Source: Octopus vulgaris
Taxonomy: Eukaryota
Length of the DNA stretch: 64,000 nucleotides
NCBI GenBank assembly: GCA_951406725.2
Contig: OX597822.1
Coordinates: 116,560,001-116,624,000, forward strand
Direction: 5' to 3'
The notes beneath the pieces are model-generated. The model did not search any database and had not been told where the DNA came from. It saw nothing but the letters and a program-made list of their open reading frames with translations. A program made the position numbers and the translations under genes. Numbering within the stretch: position 1 is the first letter of the stretch; every line of letters starts with the position of its first letter. This document shows positions 1-13,572 of the stretch, piece by piece.

Positions 1-149
1 GTGAGTTGTCTTGTGTGATCTATGACATTCGTGTGTCCTTTAGTACTCAGCTTTATCTTACAGAGCCATCCCAGACATTATCCAGCAGCAAATTCAGCAG
101 ATAAACAAAACACATACACTGTGTCTGTGCAATTGATAATGTTTACCAA

Positions 150-425
150 AAACTGGCACTCCATTGGTCACAATGACGAGAGTTCCTGTCAATTCAATCA
201 ACGGAACAGCCTGCTTGTGAAGTTAACACACAAGTGACTGAGTACCTCATTGATATGTGTCCCCTTAATGTAGTTTCTAAGGAAATTCAACAAAACAGAA
301 TACGACAAAGATGGAGCAACAGGAAATGAAGTGTTTCGCTCAAGGGCACAATGCACTACTAAGAATTGAACACAGGACCTTACAATCATGAGCTGAATAC
401 CCTAACCATTCAGTTATGTGCCTTA
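150..425 (-). mobile_element. Decayed tRNA-derived SINE (family B, long-tail form)
   Basis: Similar to the cleaner copy at 16402-16786 (tcaacggaacagcctgct..gtgaa.ttaac; ccctaacca at the tRNA head). Ends approximate. Confidence 0.7.
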
Positions 426-789
426 TCTATAATTTACAACTGTTCTATAATATTGTATCAATGATAATCATCAGCATTGGAGCTTCTATTATACTGGACA
501 TTTCTGTTATGCAACGAAACTCACACCTCTTCAGTTTGCAATGTTCATTCACCCAATCTGTATATTTTAGTCGTATAAGATTTAGATCATCTCAGGAGGT
601 CTAAAAAGACAGACTTGTGTACGTAGTAATAATCATGCTTATCAAAGACCAATGAACTTTTAATTAATTTGAAATTTACTTTTTGACTAAATTTAATCAT
701 TAACTCTAAACAAGATTTTTGTCTCTTTACGAGGAGTGAAATTTTAATTAATTAAAAGTTGAATGGGGGTGCTCATTATATTATCCTTT

Positions 790-1086
790 ACCCGTTCAGT
801 CATTGTACTGTGGCTATGCTGGAGCACTACTCTGCAGGGATTTAGATGAAGAAATTGAACCCAGTACTTATTTTATAAGTCCACTACTTATTCCATTGGG
901 TTTTTTTTCAAACTGCTAAGTTACAGGGACATAAACAAAGCAACACTACTTGTCAAGCTGTGGGGAAGAAACAAACACAGACACAAAGACATACACACTT
1001 ACACACCTATATCAAAGTAGTATAGTTTCCATGAAGCATTGTCTGATATATATAATTATATATAATTATATATATATATATGTATA

Positions 1087-1123
<37 letters not shown>

Positions 1124-1752
1124 TACAGACTTCCACGCCTCTTAACAGTTTCTGTTTTCGACATTCACTCACAAGACATTGGTCAGTTCACAGCTGATGT
1201 AGAAAGCACTTGCTCAAGGTGCTGTGCAGAGGGATTGAACCCAAAACCACATGGTTGCAAACTGAGCTTTGTAATCAAACTGCCATACCAGCATCTGTAT
1301 GTTATCTTTATCGGTCATTAGACTGCAGCCATGCTGGGGCATCGCCTTGAAGAATTTTTAGTTGAATGTATCAACTTGAGGAGTTATTTTTTTAAAGCTG
1401 GTACTTATTCTATCAGTACCATTTGCCAAACTGCTAGGTTACAGGGATGTAAATACAGCAACACTGGTTATCAAGTGATGGTGGGGGACAAACACAGACA
1501 CAAAGACACACACATAGATATATACATACATATATATATATATATATATATTTTATCCCTCTCTCTCTCTTTCGGAGAGGCACAAGCACCTACACACACG
1601 GCAGTAACTTCCACCTACCGAATTCAATCACAAAGCTCCGGTCAGCTCGGGGCTATAGTGAAAGACACCTACCCAAAGTGCCACACAGTGGGACTGAACC
1701 CGAAACCATATAGCTAGGAAGCAAGCTCCCTAACCACACAGCCATGCCCGCG
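790..1752 (-). mobile_element. Two adjacent decayed family A SINEs with internal (TA)/(CA) microsatellites
   Basis: Reverse-complement matches to 1777-2180 (gctggagcac, ctgctaagttac, gacacttgc.caag, accacacagcc). Confidence 0.75.
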
Positions 1753-1776
1753 CCTATATATATATATATATATATA

Positions 1777-2340
<564 letters not shown>

Positions 2341-3001
2341 AAATATGAACTTGGAACCATGTGGTTGGGAAGAGAGCTTCTTACCACACAGCCATGTCTG
2401 CACCTATGTCATGTTAGCCTCCACTATACTTTGCTGTATCTTTTAGTCTCTATCTTCTCTCAGACTTACTCAGAAGTATGGGAGACAACTGTGAACATGT
2501 TTTTGAATTATTGCATTTCATCAGTGAACTGTAGTCTTGCAAAAACTTATGCATTTACACAGCAACGAATGAGTCACAAAGTAAATATACAGAAAGATAA
2601 AGTTGTTGCTTTTGGAAAATATAATTGTTTAGAAATTATAAACACTCTACACATGACAGACAGTAAGTGGGTGGGTGTCAGAATATTTAATGCATGGAGT
2701 ACTAAAAATTTCAGAATACCTGACTAAATGTCTGTGTGTATATATATATATATATATATATGGGTGTATGCATATGCGTGTGTGCACATGCATGCATGTG
2801 TGTGTGTGTGTACTTGTGTGTGTGTGCACATAAGTAAATATATATACAGACATATTATTATTCGTACATGCATATGTATGTACGTATGTGTGTGTGTAAG
2901 TTCTTGTTTTTAACTATCAGCCTAACTACTTACTTACCTACCTGCCTACTTACCTACCTATACACCTACATACATGTCTAAGTAACTATAGACCTGTCTG
3001 T

Positions 3002-3330
3002 CTATCTGTCTGCCCATTCTTCAATCCTTCTAACTATCTCTTCGGCAGATAGATGGATTGAAACACAGGCAAATAGAGAACTCGAGACAAATTCTTTGTT
3101 TTTTATTCTTTTATTGACAATTTCATCTGGGATTTTACAGATCAGCAGGAAATGTATCCTGGCCTTTCTGTTGATGCTATTAAATTCTTTGGAGAAATCA
3201 ACAAATTCCATTGATGACTTTTGCTTGGAGATTATTAGCTCTATAATTCTGCTCAAGGCAAGGACCTGCAGTAGTGTTGATCTGTCTTAGCAGAAGCTGT
3301 TTTGGTTCCATCTTGGGATGGGATCACTAA
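3002..3330 (-). pseudogene. Degraded LINE reverse-transcriptase fragment
   Basis: Translation EFVDFSKEFNSINR resembles the RT motif FVDFxKAFDSI. Confidence 0.6.
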
Positions 3331-3640
3331 CTGGCATTCCATCGCTTACAATGACGATGAGGGTCCCAGCTGATACGATCAACGGAACAGCTTACTCGTG
3401 AAATTAATATGCAAGTGGCTGAGCACTCCACGGACACGTGTACCCTTAATGTAGTTCTCAGGGAGATTCAGTGTGACACAGAGTGTGACAAGGCTGGCCA
3501 TTTGAAATACAGGTACAACTCAGTTTTGGCAGCTGAGTGGACTGGAGCAACGTGAAATAAAGTGTCTTGCTGAAGGATACAACAAGTTGCCAGGAATCGA
3601 ACTCACGACCTCATAATCGTGAGATGAATATCCTCACCAC
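3330..3640 (-). mobile_element. SINE family B
   Basis: Matches 16402-16786 (tcaacggaacagc..ctcgtgaaattaa) and the family B head (gctgagtggactggagcaacgtgaaat). Confidence 0.75.
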
Positions 3641-4154
3641 AGAGTGGGCTCAACAGGAGGAGAAATTCTATCAAAGCTTGCTTTCTTAAGGGCATGTGTA
3701 GGGAGCATTTTTCTCTGTGGGACCGAAATTTGGACTATAAAGAAGGAGAAGCAAAACTTGCCGTGATGACACATATGCAAAACTTCTCATGAACATTCAA
3801 ACATTGCATGGCATGAGTACAACCCCAGGCAGGAGGCAATGGACATATTCCACCTATCTCTACTATTATTGCTTGACATTGATGGTCTTTGATGGCCACT
3901 GCAATCATGCTCTACGACACGCTATGTTGGCTGTTATATTTTGGAGACTTCTGCGCTCTGATAGAGACTGAAGATTACTCAACTATATTTTTATGTCATT
4001 GGCAGAGGTATACAGCATTAAAGTGAGTACCAACAAAAGTAAAAGAGTGGCAGAGGTTCCGGGAGCCTCTCAGCAGGGTTGGATTAAAACCTATAGAGGC
4101 CCTAAATACTTAAAAGATTTTAGTACCTCTATACATATATATTTCTTTTTCTCT

Positions 4155-4520
4155 TTTCTCTTTTACTTGTTTCAGTCATTTGACTGCGGCCATGCTGGAG
4201 CACCGCCTTTAGTTGAGCAAATCGACCCCGGGACTTATTCTTTGTAAGCCCAGTACTTATTCTATCGGTCTCTTTTGCTGAACTGCTAAGTGACGGGGAC
4301 GTAAACACACCAGCATCGGTTGTCAAGCAATGCTAGGGAGACAAACACAGACACACACACACATATATATACATATATATGACAGGCTTCTTTCACAAGG
4401 CATTGGTCGGCCCGGGGCCATAGCAGAAGACACTTGCCCAAAATGCCACACAGTGGGACTGAACCTGGAACCATGTGGTTGGTTAGCAAGCTACTTACCA
4501 CACAGCCACTCCTGCGCCTC
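4155..4520 (-). mobile_element. SINE family A
   Basis: Reverse complement of 1777-2180 with a small internal deletion. Confidence 0.9.
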
Positions 4521-4779
4521 CTATATGTAATTCAAAATATAAACAATAATAAGCCATAAAATAAATTTCAATTTTCCAAAATGAAACAACTAATGGTTTA
4601 ATTTTGTAAACTTCTACTTTATATTTGTAAAGTTTTCTCCTCCTTTTTTTAATTGCAAAGTTTTTGGTCAGAAGATCCTCACTCTGACACCATGAACACT
4701 TCAAAATTACATTTCCAATCATACAAACCATTTCAAATATTATTTTAGCAAGTCTAAATTAATTTCAAAATGTAACCAG

Positions 4780-4960
4780 AGGTGAATCATTGGCGATTTT
4801 TTCCTTCATCTTCCTTTTCTCTTGGACTTTCCTCTGTCCTTTGTTTCTGAAGAAGAGCTTAACTCGAAATATAAAACCACCCTACCTTCTTTCCCTGAGC
4901 ATCTTCTAATACTTTACATGTAGCACATCCTCGCATTGTTGGTTTTTTTTGTGTGTTTGA
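4780..4960 (+). mobile_element. Short non-coding PLE-like element carrying a minimal hammerhead
   Basis: Hammerhead at 4843-4877 followed by cctgagc..ctaatac, shared with the minus-strand element at 54498-54712. Ends approximate. Confidence 0.55.
4843..4877 (+). ncRNA. Minimal type I hammerhead ribozyme motif
   Basis: gttt-CTGAAGA-a-gag(cttaa)ctc-GAAA-ta-TA-aaac: stem I gttt/aaac, stem II gag/ctc, palindromic stem III ATAT. Confidence 0.7.
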
Positions 4961-4998
4961 TATATACATACATTTAAGTATGTATATATGCATATATG

Positions 4999-5262
4999 TG
5001 GAGGCACATGGGTTAGTGGTTAGAGTGTCAGCATCATGATCGTAAGATTGTGGTTTCGATTCTTGGACCGGGTGACGCGTTGTGTTCTTGAGCAAAACAC
5101 TTTATTTCACGTTGCTCCAGTCCACTCAGCTGGCAAAAATGAGTAACGCTGCGATGGACTAGCGTCCTGTCCAGCTGGGGAACACATACGCCATTGAAAC
5201 TGGGAAACCGGGTCCATGAGCCTGGCTAGGCTTTAAAAAGGACGCATTTATTTATTTATTTT
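4999..5262 (+). mobile_element. tRNA-derived SINE family B (short-tail form) ending in (TTTA)n
   Basis: A-box-like tgggttagtggttag, B-box-like gtttcgattct, body ccagtccactcagctggcaaaaatgagt. Related copy at 11752-12005. Confidence 0.85.
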
Positions 5263-5263
5263 G

Positions 5264-5312
<49 letters not shown>

Positions 5313-5372
5313 AATAAATATAGTACGTTTTTATTGGCTAAACTGGCAAAATGACCATTCCGAAATATAATA

Positions 5373-5401
<29 letters not shown>

Positions 5402-5403
<2 letters not shown>

Positions 5404-5575
5404 GCTGCATCGAACTCTCTCATGCATCAGATGGCGTTTGCTAAAAAGCATCCGTGAGGTAAAATCGTGTAGCAAACCAAATGGCGGTGCCCCAGCATGG
5501 CCACAGCTCATTAGCTGAAACTGGAAAAATCAAAATCAAAATCAAAATCAAAATCAAATCAAAAATCAAAATCAT
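5402..5575 (+). mobile_element. Very short 3' end of CR1-like LINE with (AAAATC)n tail
   Basis: Matches 50323-50450 (gctgcatc.aactctctcatgca ... atggcggtgccccagcatggccacagctc). Confidence 0.85.
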
Positions 5576-5580
5576 ATATG

Positions 5581-5649
<69 letters not shown>

Positions 5650-5651
<2 letters not shown>

Positions 5652-6136
5652 GAGGATAATATCGATATTTAAGTATCCATATTATCAAGTGGCCAGCATG
5701 GGAAAAATACCGTACAAAGGTAATAATTTTTAACAATTAAAAATGAGGGTGTCTAAGAGACACCAACATGCCGAAATAGCAGTCGAAACTCTGACTATAA
5801 AAACCACGTTAAGTGTTCGTATCGCACCAACTGGCCGCGTGCATATGTATTTATGTATGGACGTTCGTATATGTAAGTATATCGTTTGTTCTGCATATAT
5901 ATATATCTGTATTTATGTACTCTTGATATATTCAACCGATGACGGTAAAGCTTATTTAAAGCAAAACCAGAAATCCTGGATCTTGAATTATTCAATAATT
6001 TTTGCTTGTATATTTTGTCCCTCTGTCTTATCTCATGGTACGATATGAACATTTAACGTGTATTTTATAGTCAGAATTTCGACTGCTATTTCGGCATGGT
6101 AATGTGTCTCTTAGACACCCTCATTTTTAATTGTTA
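5650..6136. mobile_element. Fold-back non-coding PLE-like element in (TA)n
   Basis: Inverted arms 5731-5829 / 6036-6136, hammerhead in the loop, (TA)n on both sides. Confidence 0.75.
5930..5988 (+). ncRNA. Type I hammerhead ribozyme motif (CCGAUGA core variant)
   Basis: attcaa-CCGATGA-c-ggt..gctt/aagc..acc-a-GAAA-tcc(t)gga-TC-ttgaat: 6-bp stem I, stem III tcc/gga. Confidence 0.75.
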
Positions 6137-6151
6137 TATATATATATATAC

Positions 6152-6343
<192 letters not shown>

Positions 6344-6416
6344 CAGTGTAGCACAAAACGGCGGTGCATCAGGATGGCCGCAGCTCTGAGCTGAAACTAG
6401 AATTTAAAAAAAAATA

Positions 6417-6825
6417 GTGGATGTGCGGTAAGTAGCTTGCTAACCAACCACATGGTTCCGGGTTCAGTCCCACTGCGTGACATCTTGGGCAAGTATCTTC
6501 TACTATAGCCCCAGGCCGACCAATGCCTTGTGAGTGGATTTGGTAGACAGAAACTGAAAGAAGCCCGTCGTATATATGTATATATATATATAAGTGTGTG
6601 TGTATGTGTTTGTGTGTCTGTGTTTGTCCCCCTAGCATTGCTTGACAACCGATGCTGGTGTGTTTATTCCCCGTCACTTAGCGGTTCGGCAATAGAGACC
6701 GATAGAATAAGTACTGGGCTTACAAAGAATAAGTCCCGGGGTCGATTTGCTCAACTAAAGGCGGTGCTCCAGCATGGCCGCAGTCAAATGACTGAAACAA
6801 GTAAAAGAGTACAAGAGTAAAGAGT
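6417..6825 (+). mobile_element. SINE family A
   Basis: Near-identical to 1777-2180. Confidence 0.9.
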
Positions 6826-6980
6826 ATATATGGATATATATATATATATATATATATGTGGATGTATATATATATATGGATATATATGCATACATATATA
6901 TTATATATACATATACATGTATAAGTGTGTGTGTGTGTGTGTGTGTGTATATAATATATATGTATATATATATATATATA

Positions 6981-7016
<36 letters not shown>

Positions 7017-7594
7017 GTAACATGTATATACTACCTCAACATGTCTGCAGTGTTTTATATGTTATATGTTTCAAACACAACTCTCTTTTCTTTGCCGGTG
7101 GTGTTTTAAATTCTTCTTTAGAGTATACTTGTTAATTCCATTGTCATGTCAAATAGAAAAAAGTGTCTAGCTGCTTCAAACGAGGGCGAACTAATTTGAA
7201 TATTCATGTCAGTTTGACAAATATTGAGAAGCTAACAGTACACATCAACACAACATGATAATTTAGAAATTCAGTTTTCTGGAATTTATTTCTATTTTAA
7301 AATAAAACTTTCTTTACTCAGCAAGACCTATAAATAAATATCTTAAAGTTTGCTGAAAATATATATGTATATATATATATATATTTTTTTTTCATGCTAT
7401 GGTTGTGCTATGCTGAGGTAACAGATAAATGGTTGTCAAAAATGTACGGCTGGTATATAAATGTGTTTGTCTTTATGTGAGGGAGAACAGTTCTCGAAAA
7501 TGGCTATACAATGATTTTACTTGCCTCCTCGGGGATCAAATTAAATGCTGATAAGAATGTGCTTTTTTTTTTTTCTTTTTATTAATCTGATTTA

Positions 7595-8045
7595 GGCACA
7601 TGTATAGATGTGTGGTTAAGATGCTTGCTTTGCAACCTGGTGGCTTTGGGTTCAGTCCCACTGCACAGCACCTTGGGCAAGTGTTTTTTACAATAACCCC
7701 TGGTTGGCCAATGCCTTGTGAATGGATTTAATAGACAGAAACTGTGTTGAATCCCATCTTGTGTGTTGTGTATATGTGTGTGTGTGTGTCTATGTATGAA
7801 TGCATATATGTATGTATGCATGTGTGTGTGTGTCTGTGTATGTGTGTTTTTGCATTTGTCTTCATTCAACCAGTGCTAGTTTGTTTGTCTTTAAATTTGT
7901 GATTCAGCAAGAGACTGGTAGAATAAGTATCAAACTTTAAAAAATAAAGAGAAAGGATTGGTTTCGAGTTTGTTTAACTGAACATTTAAGGAAGTGCTCC
8001 AGCATGGTCACCAGCCACTCACTGAAACAAGATAAAAGATAAGAA
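7595..8045 (+). mobile_element. SINE family A (older)
   Basis: Diverged match to head, body and tail. Confidence 0.8.
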
Positions 8046-8774
8046 ACAAAAATAGTGGTTTAAATTTAATATGTTAAAAATTGATGTGTAGCCTTTTAAT
8101 TTTCAACTTAACCTATAATTAACAAATTGGCATGGTTGTTAGAGCATCTGATAGGATGGGAATTTGTTCAGCCCCTCCCCCCATGCTCTCAATTCCTCAA
8201 CTTTGCTTTTTCTCTTCTAAAGAACACATTGAACAATGTAGTCTAAAAAAAAAAAAATAAATAAATGGGTTTGTTATGGCTTGAGCACTTTGGATTAAAG
8301 TTCTTGGTCAGAGTGGACCAAGTGCTAAACACCATCCATAGAATCAGCATTTCTATAATTTACCATAATGATTAATGATGGAATGGTACCAACAAGGCAT
8401 TAGTGTCCTTAAAAAGGTAGGTAAAGTTACTTTCTCAAGTGAAGGTCAGCCCGGAAGGGCTAGTTTCCCAGTTTCCATGGCATATGAATTCTCCACCTGG
8501 ACAGGACGCCAGTCCATCTTAGGATTACTCACTTTTGCCAGCTGAGTGGACTGGAGCAACGTGAAATGAAAGAAAATAAAATAGACAAAAGAAAATGATA
8601 ATTGATATCTTAAAAACAGGGGCACAGAAGTGATATGACAGAATCGAGAGAGCATTAGATTAAATACTTTACAGTCTTTAGGCTTCACCCCTCCTCCTCG
8701 CTCCCAACCCATCTGCTCTCAGTTCCAAGTTCAAATCACGTGACGGCTATTTTGTCGTTTATGTTTCTATACAC

Positions 8775-9145
8775 TATACTCTTTACTCTTTTACTTGTTT
8801 CAGTCATTTGACTGTGACCATGCTGGAGCACTGACTTTAGTCGAGCACATCGACCCCAGGACTTATTCATTGTAAGCCTAGTACTTATTCTATCGGTCTC
8901 TTTTGCCGAACCGCTAAGTTACGGGGATATAAACACACCAGCATCGGTTGTCAAGCGATGTTGGGGGGACAAACATAGAGACACAAACACACACACACAC
9001 ACACACGCACACACACATATATAACAGACTTGGTCGGCCCGAGGCTATAGTAGAAGACACTTGCCCAAGGTGCCACGCAGTGGGACGGAACCCGGAACCA
9101 TGTGGTTTGTAAGTGAGCTACTTACCACACAGCCATTCCTACACC
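8775..9145 (-). mobile_element. SINE family A
   Basis: Reverse-complement match to 1777-2180. Confidence 0.85.
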
Positions 9146-10089
9146 TGTGAAGTGTTTTGCTCAAGAACACAATGCATCATCTAGTCCAGGAATCGAAACC
9201 ACAATCTTATGATCGTAAATCCAACACCCTAACCACTAAGCCATGCACTACCACATTGGTGTCCTTAAGTGGCATCAACCCAATCCACTCACAAGGCTCT
9301 AATCAGCCCCAGGTGATTGTAGAAGACACTCGTTAAAGGTGTCACGCAGTGGGGCTGAACTCTAACTCATACAGTTGAGAAGCAAACTTCACACCACCAA
9401 GCCTGCTCCTATTCTAGAATTGAGTTCAAACGAATCTGTGGGTCTGGAGAAGACGATGGCAATCAATCTGAAAGTAACATCCCTCACTGGAATCAATGAT
9501 ACATTTCTCACTTCCTCCTCAATTGTTAGCCATACTTGTTTCTTCATTTTCCTATTTATCAAACATGTTTGTTTCCCAGTCCTTCTGGACGCCAGTAGTA
9601 GCTTTTGGATTTCACTCGATTGGCTGTCAGCCACATTTGACTCCTATAACTCTCGTTTCAGCCATGTTAGCTTTTTTTTCCACCCTCCACCTTGTCAACC
9701 ATATTTATCTCTCTCACCCTTCCTTGCTGTCAGCAATATTTGTTTCTCACCCACTCAGCTGTCAGCCATGTTTTTACAGAAGCTAACTAACTAGTATGGT
9801 TGACATAGTTTATTCTATTTCTTTCTACCTGATTGATTCAATTTACTTCTTTGGTTGATTTCGGTAAATATGTGTAGTTTAGTTGCAGTGATGCAGCCAA
9901 AATCTATTTGCTCGAGCTGTCTCTTGAATAATGCCACATTCTTCAGCTGAATGACTTTAAACTTCCTAAAGTTTCTTCACACTGAACAAAATGAAATGAA
10001 ATTGTGCAAAAGTGATGTGAAGAGTTGCGTTCATGTGAATAGATTGTATTTAAGATAACTTTAGTGTGTGAACAATATTTTGTTATTCA

Positions 10090-10104
10090 CTACATACATA
10101 TATT

Positions 10105-10146
<42 letters not shown>

Positions 10147-10396
10147 TATAAATATTATGTATATATTTATATATATTTAAATATATGTATATATATATTA
10201 TGTATATATATATATGCGCATGTGTATGTATATATGTGTGTATATATGTAAACATATATATGTGAATATATATAAACATATATATATGTATGTATATATG
10301 TATGTATATATGTATGTATACATATGTATATATATGTGTGGGTGTATATGCATATATATATTCATATATATTTGTATATATTTATGTGTGTGTATG

Positions 10397-10429
<33 letters not shown>

Positions 10430-10520
10430 GTATGTATATGTATGCACATACATATATATGTGTGTGTGCATGTATATATGTATGTGTATATACATGTATA
10501 TATGTGTACATATGTATGTT
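10090..10520. repeat. Compound (TA)/(TATG) microsatellite
   Basis: Directly visible. Confidence 0.95.
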
Positions 10521-11119
10521 TCTGTGAATATGTGTTCTATTCTTCCCCCATTCTGTTTGCTTATTCTTGTTTGAGATGTCCCTTAAAAAATATTTCTATT
10601 CTATGAAAGACATAAACAAAACAATTATAAAATGGAATTTCACATTTTTATTTTTTTATTTTTTAAGAGAAACAAAAATAAAGTTATTTTTCGAAATATA
10701 AGCAAACTTTAATGGTAATGGAATGGTGAATCTTACTAGTGATCCAATGATTAATGTCACTTAGAAACAAAACATTGAAACCGGGAAGGAACTCTGCGAA
10801 AGATAATTTGAATACAGAATAAAAATTAAAAAATCAAGAATGTTCAAGCAAAAAAAAAAAAAAATAATAATAATAATAATAATAATAAAGTGTATCTAAC
10901 AAATACAAATAAAAAATAAAATGATAGATTTTCAAAATTCTAAATATCTTTAGATTAAAATGAAACACAAAAATATAAGTTGGGAAAATAGAAGGTAAAT
11001 TTTTACTTTTGTAATTTTAAAGAAAATTGATTTTAATTGAACACAAAGAATTAGCTTGCCCAAATAATCTGGTTAAAAATCATTAAATTTGTTTGTGTAA
11101 GTATAGAACTAATATTATA

Positions 11120-11745
11120 ATGGGAAGCTTGGAGAATTGTCACTGTGCCGGATGAAATATTTAGTAGCATTTCTACCTGTTTTGCATTGTGAGTTCAAAT
11201 GCCACCAAGGTCAACTTTGCTTTTCATCTTTTTGAGATAAAATAAAGACAAGTTGAACAGTGGGGCTGATGTAATCAACTTGCCCTCCTGCCCCAAAATT
11301 GCCGGTCTTGTGCCAAAATTTGAAACCAATATTGTAATGAGAAGAGGATGGTGAGCTGGGAAAATTGTTAGCATGCCAGGCAAAATGCATAACAACATTG
11401 TGTCTGGCTTCACATTCCAAGGTCAACTTTACTTTTCATCTTTTTGGGGTCAATAGAAGAAGTACCAATTGAACATTGGGATTAATATAATTGATTTGAC
11501 CCACTGCCCCAAAACTGCTGGCCTTGTGCCAAAATTTGAAACCAGTATGTTAAAGAGATGGATAGGGTGGGGAGCTGGGAGAATTGTTACTGCAGCAGAT
11601 GAAATGTTTAGCTGCATTTCTTCCAGGTTTCCATTCTGAGTTCAAATGCTGCCAAGGTCGATTATGCCTTCATCCTTTCAGGTCCAATGAAATAAATACC
11701 AGTCAAATACTGGGGTCAATTTAATCAACTTTGCTCCCAAAATCT
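11120..11745 (+). mobile_element. Three tandem decayed family C SINEs (Nin/Deu-domain-like body)
   Basis: Repeated gagctgg..gaattgtta..gagttcaaat..aaggtc.actttgc.tttcatcctt..ggggtc.ata..agtacca at about 11125, 11352 and 11572. Domain name is from recall. Confidence 0.7.
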
Positions 11746-11751
11746 ATGTGT

Positions 11752-12005
11752 GGGAGGCACGTGGCTCAGTGGTTAGGGTGTTGGATTCATGGTCATAAGA
11801 TTGTGGTTTCGATTCCTGGACCTGGCAACGCATTCTCTTCTTGAGCAAAACACTTCATTTCATGTTACTCCAGTCCACTCAGCTGGCAAAAATTATTAAT
11901 CTTGCAATGGACTGAGGTCCCATCCAGGTGGGGAAGATACACACCATGGAAACCAAGAAACTGGTCACATGAATCTTATTATGACCTGGCAAAGAAATTT
12001 ACTAC
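11752..12005 (+). mobile_element. SINE family B
   Basis: ggaggcacgtggctcagtggttagggtg..gtttcgattcct..ccagtccactcagctggc. Confidence 0.85.
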
Positions 12006-12041
12006 TTTACTACCTACCTGCAGCAGAAATGATTATAAAGA

Positions 12042-12116
12042 GGACAGGCATAGGAGATAGTCATAGGAGGCATAGGAGGACAGGCATAGGGGACAGTCAT
12101 AGGAAACATAGGAGAC
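12042..12116. repeat. Short minisatellite of cataggag-like units
   Basis: catagg recurs 6 times with 10-15 bp spacing. Confidence 0.8.
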
Positions 12117-12749
12117 AAAATATTCCTAGTGTGATTTGAACTTGGAACTGAAAACTGACAGAGGGGAAGGGAGAGGGGGTGAAACCTAAAGACTGTAAAG
12201 TATTTAATTTAATGCTCACTTGCTTCTGTCATATCACTACTGCTCTCCTGTTTATAAGATATCGATTTTATTATTTTCTTGTTTATTGTGTTCTCTTTTG
12301 TTTTGGTTCTTTTATTTGTTGCTATAACACAGAGCCATAATTTATTGATGCAAGATGTAGATGATTGCATTATATCCATCCCTAGGATGTGGATACTTTT
12401 GTGGTTTTGACTTTGGTCGATTCTGGAGGCATTTGCACTGGATATTGTCACTCTGAGACGTCGTCGATATGGAATGAAGTCGTCTTGGCTTAAAGAGTTA
12501 ACACATCCAATACTGGGGACGTTAAAAAACAAAAATCCAACTTGAAATAAATATGAAAGGTGAGTGGGGTGGCAGGATGGTGGGCCGGGTGGGGCAGGAA
12601 TATATTACTCAAGGATAATGGCGATGACAACGATTATGATGGTGGTGGTGGTGGCAGTGAGAATGATGACAACAATGATGTTACTGTTTATATGAATATT
12701 GACTTTTGCATTCAATCAGTATACTAATGTCAAACACACACACACACAA

Positions 12750-13110
12750 CATCATCATCATCATCATCTAACATCTGCTTCCCATGCTGGCATGGGTTGG
12801 ATGGTTTGACTGAAAACTGGTAACCCGGGGAGATGCATCAGGTTTCCAATCTGATCTGGCAGTGTTTCTACAACTGGATGCCCTTCATGACACCAACCAC
12901 TCCAAGAGTGTAATGGGTGCTTTTTACGTACCACTGGCATGGGTGCAATTTACATGACGCCAGCAATGGCCATCACTACGACTTCATGGGTGCCGTTCTT
13001 GGCTATGACTGTGATTTCACTTGGCTTGATGGGTCTTCTTCTCAAGCACAGTATATCGCCAAAGGCCTTGGTCACTTGTCATCACCTCTGTGAAGCCCAA
13101 CATTCAAAGA
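12750..13110 (-). mobile_element. 3' UTR fragment of RTE LINE with (ATG)n tail
   Basis: Matches the RTE 3' end at 37261-37450 (catgctggcatgggttgga..ctggatgcc..ccaaccactcc). Confidence 0.8.
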
Positions 13111-13162
13111 TGATGCTATTGGCAATGACCATGATTATGATTTCATAGTTTCCATTCACAAA

Positions 13163-13572
13163 GGCGAAGGAGTGGCTGTGTGGTAAGTAGCTTGCTTACA
13201 AACCACATGGTTCCAGGTTCAGTCCCACTGTGTGGCATCTTGGGCAAGTGTCTTCTACTATAGCCTCGGGCCAACCAAAGCCTTGTGAGTGGATTTGGTA
13301 GACAGAAACTGAAAGAAGCCAGTCATATATATGTATGTGTGTGTGTGTGTGTGTGTGTCTGTGTCTGTGTTTGTCCCCCCCCCCCCCACACACACACACA
13401 TCACTTGACAACCGATGCTGGTGTGTTTACATCTCCGTCACTTAGCAGTTCGGCAAAAGAGGCCGATAAAATAAGTACTAGACTTACAAAGAATAAGTCC
13501 TGGGGTCGATTTGCTTGACTAAAGGCAGTGCTCCAGCGTGGCCACAGTCAAATGACTGAAACAAGTAAAAGA
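13163..13572 (+). mobile_element. SINE family A, full length
   Basis: From ggcgaaggagtggctgtgtggtaag to actgaaacaagtaaaagag. Confidence 0.9.

Noticed and set aside
9389-9634. 81-aa ORF vaguely like a Myb/SANT domain of Harbinger transposons
   Set aside because: Similarity rests on a few residues (KKQVWLTI..R); cannot be supported without an HMM search.
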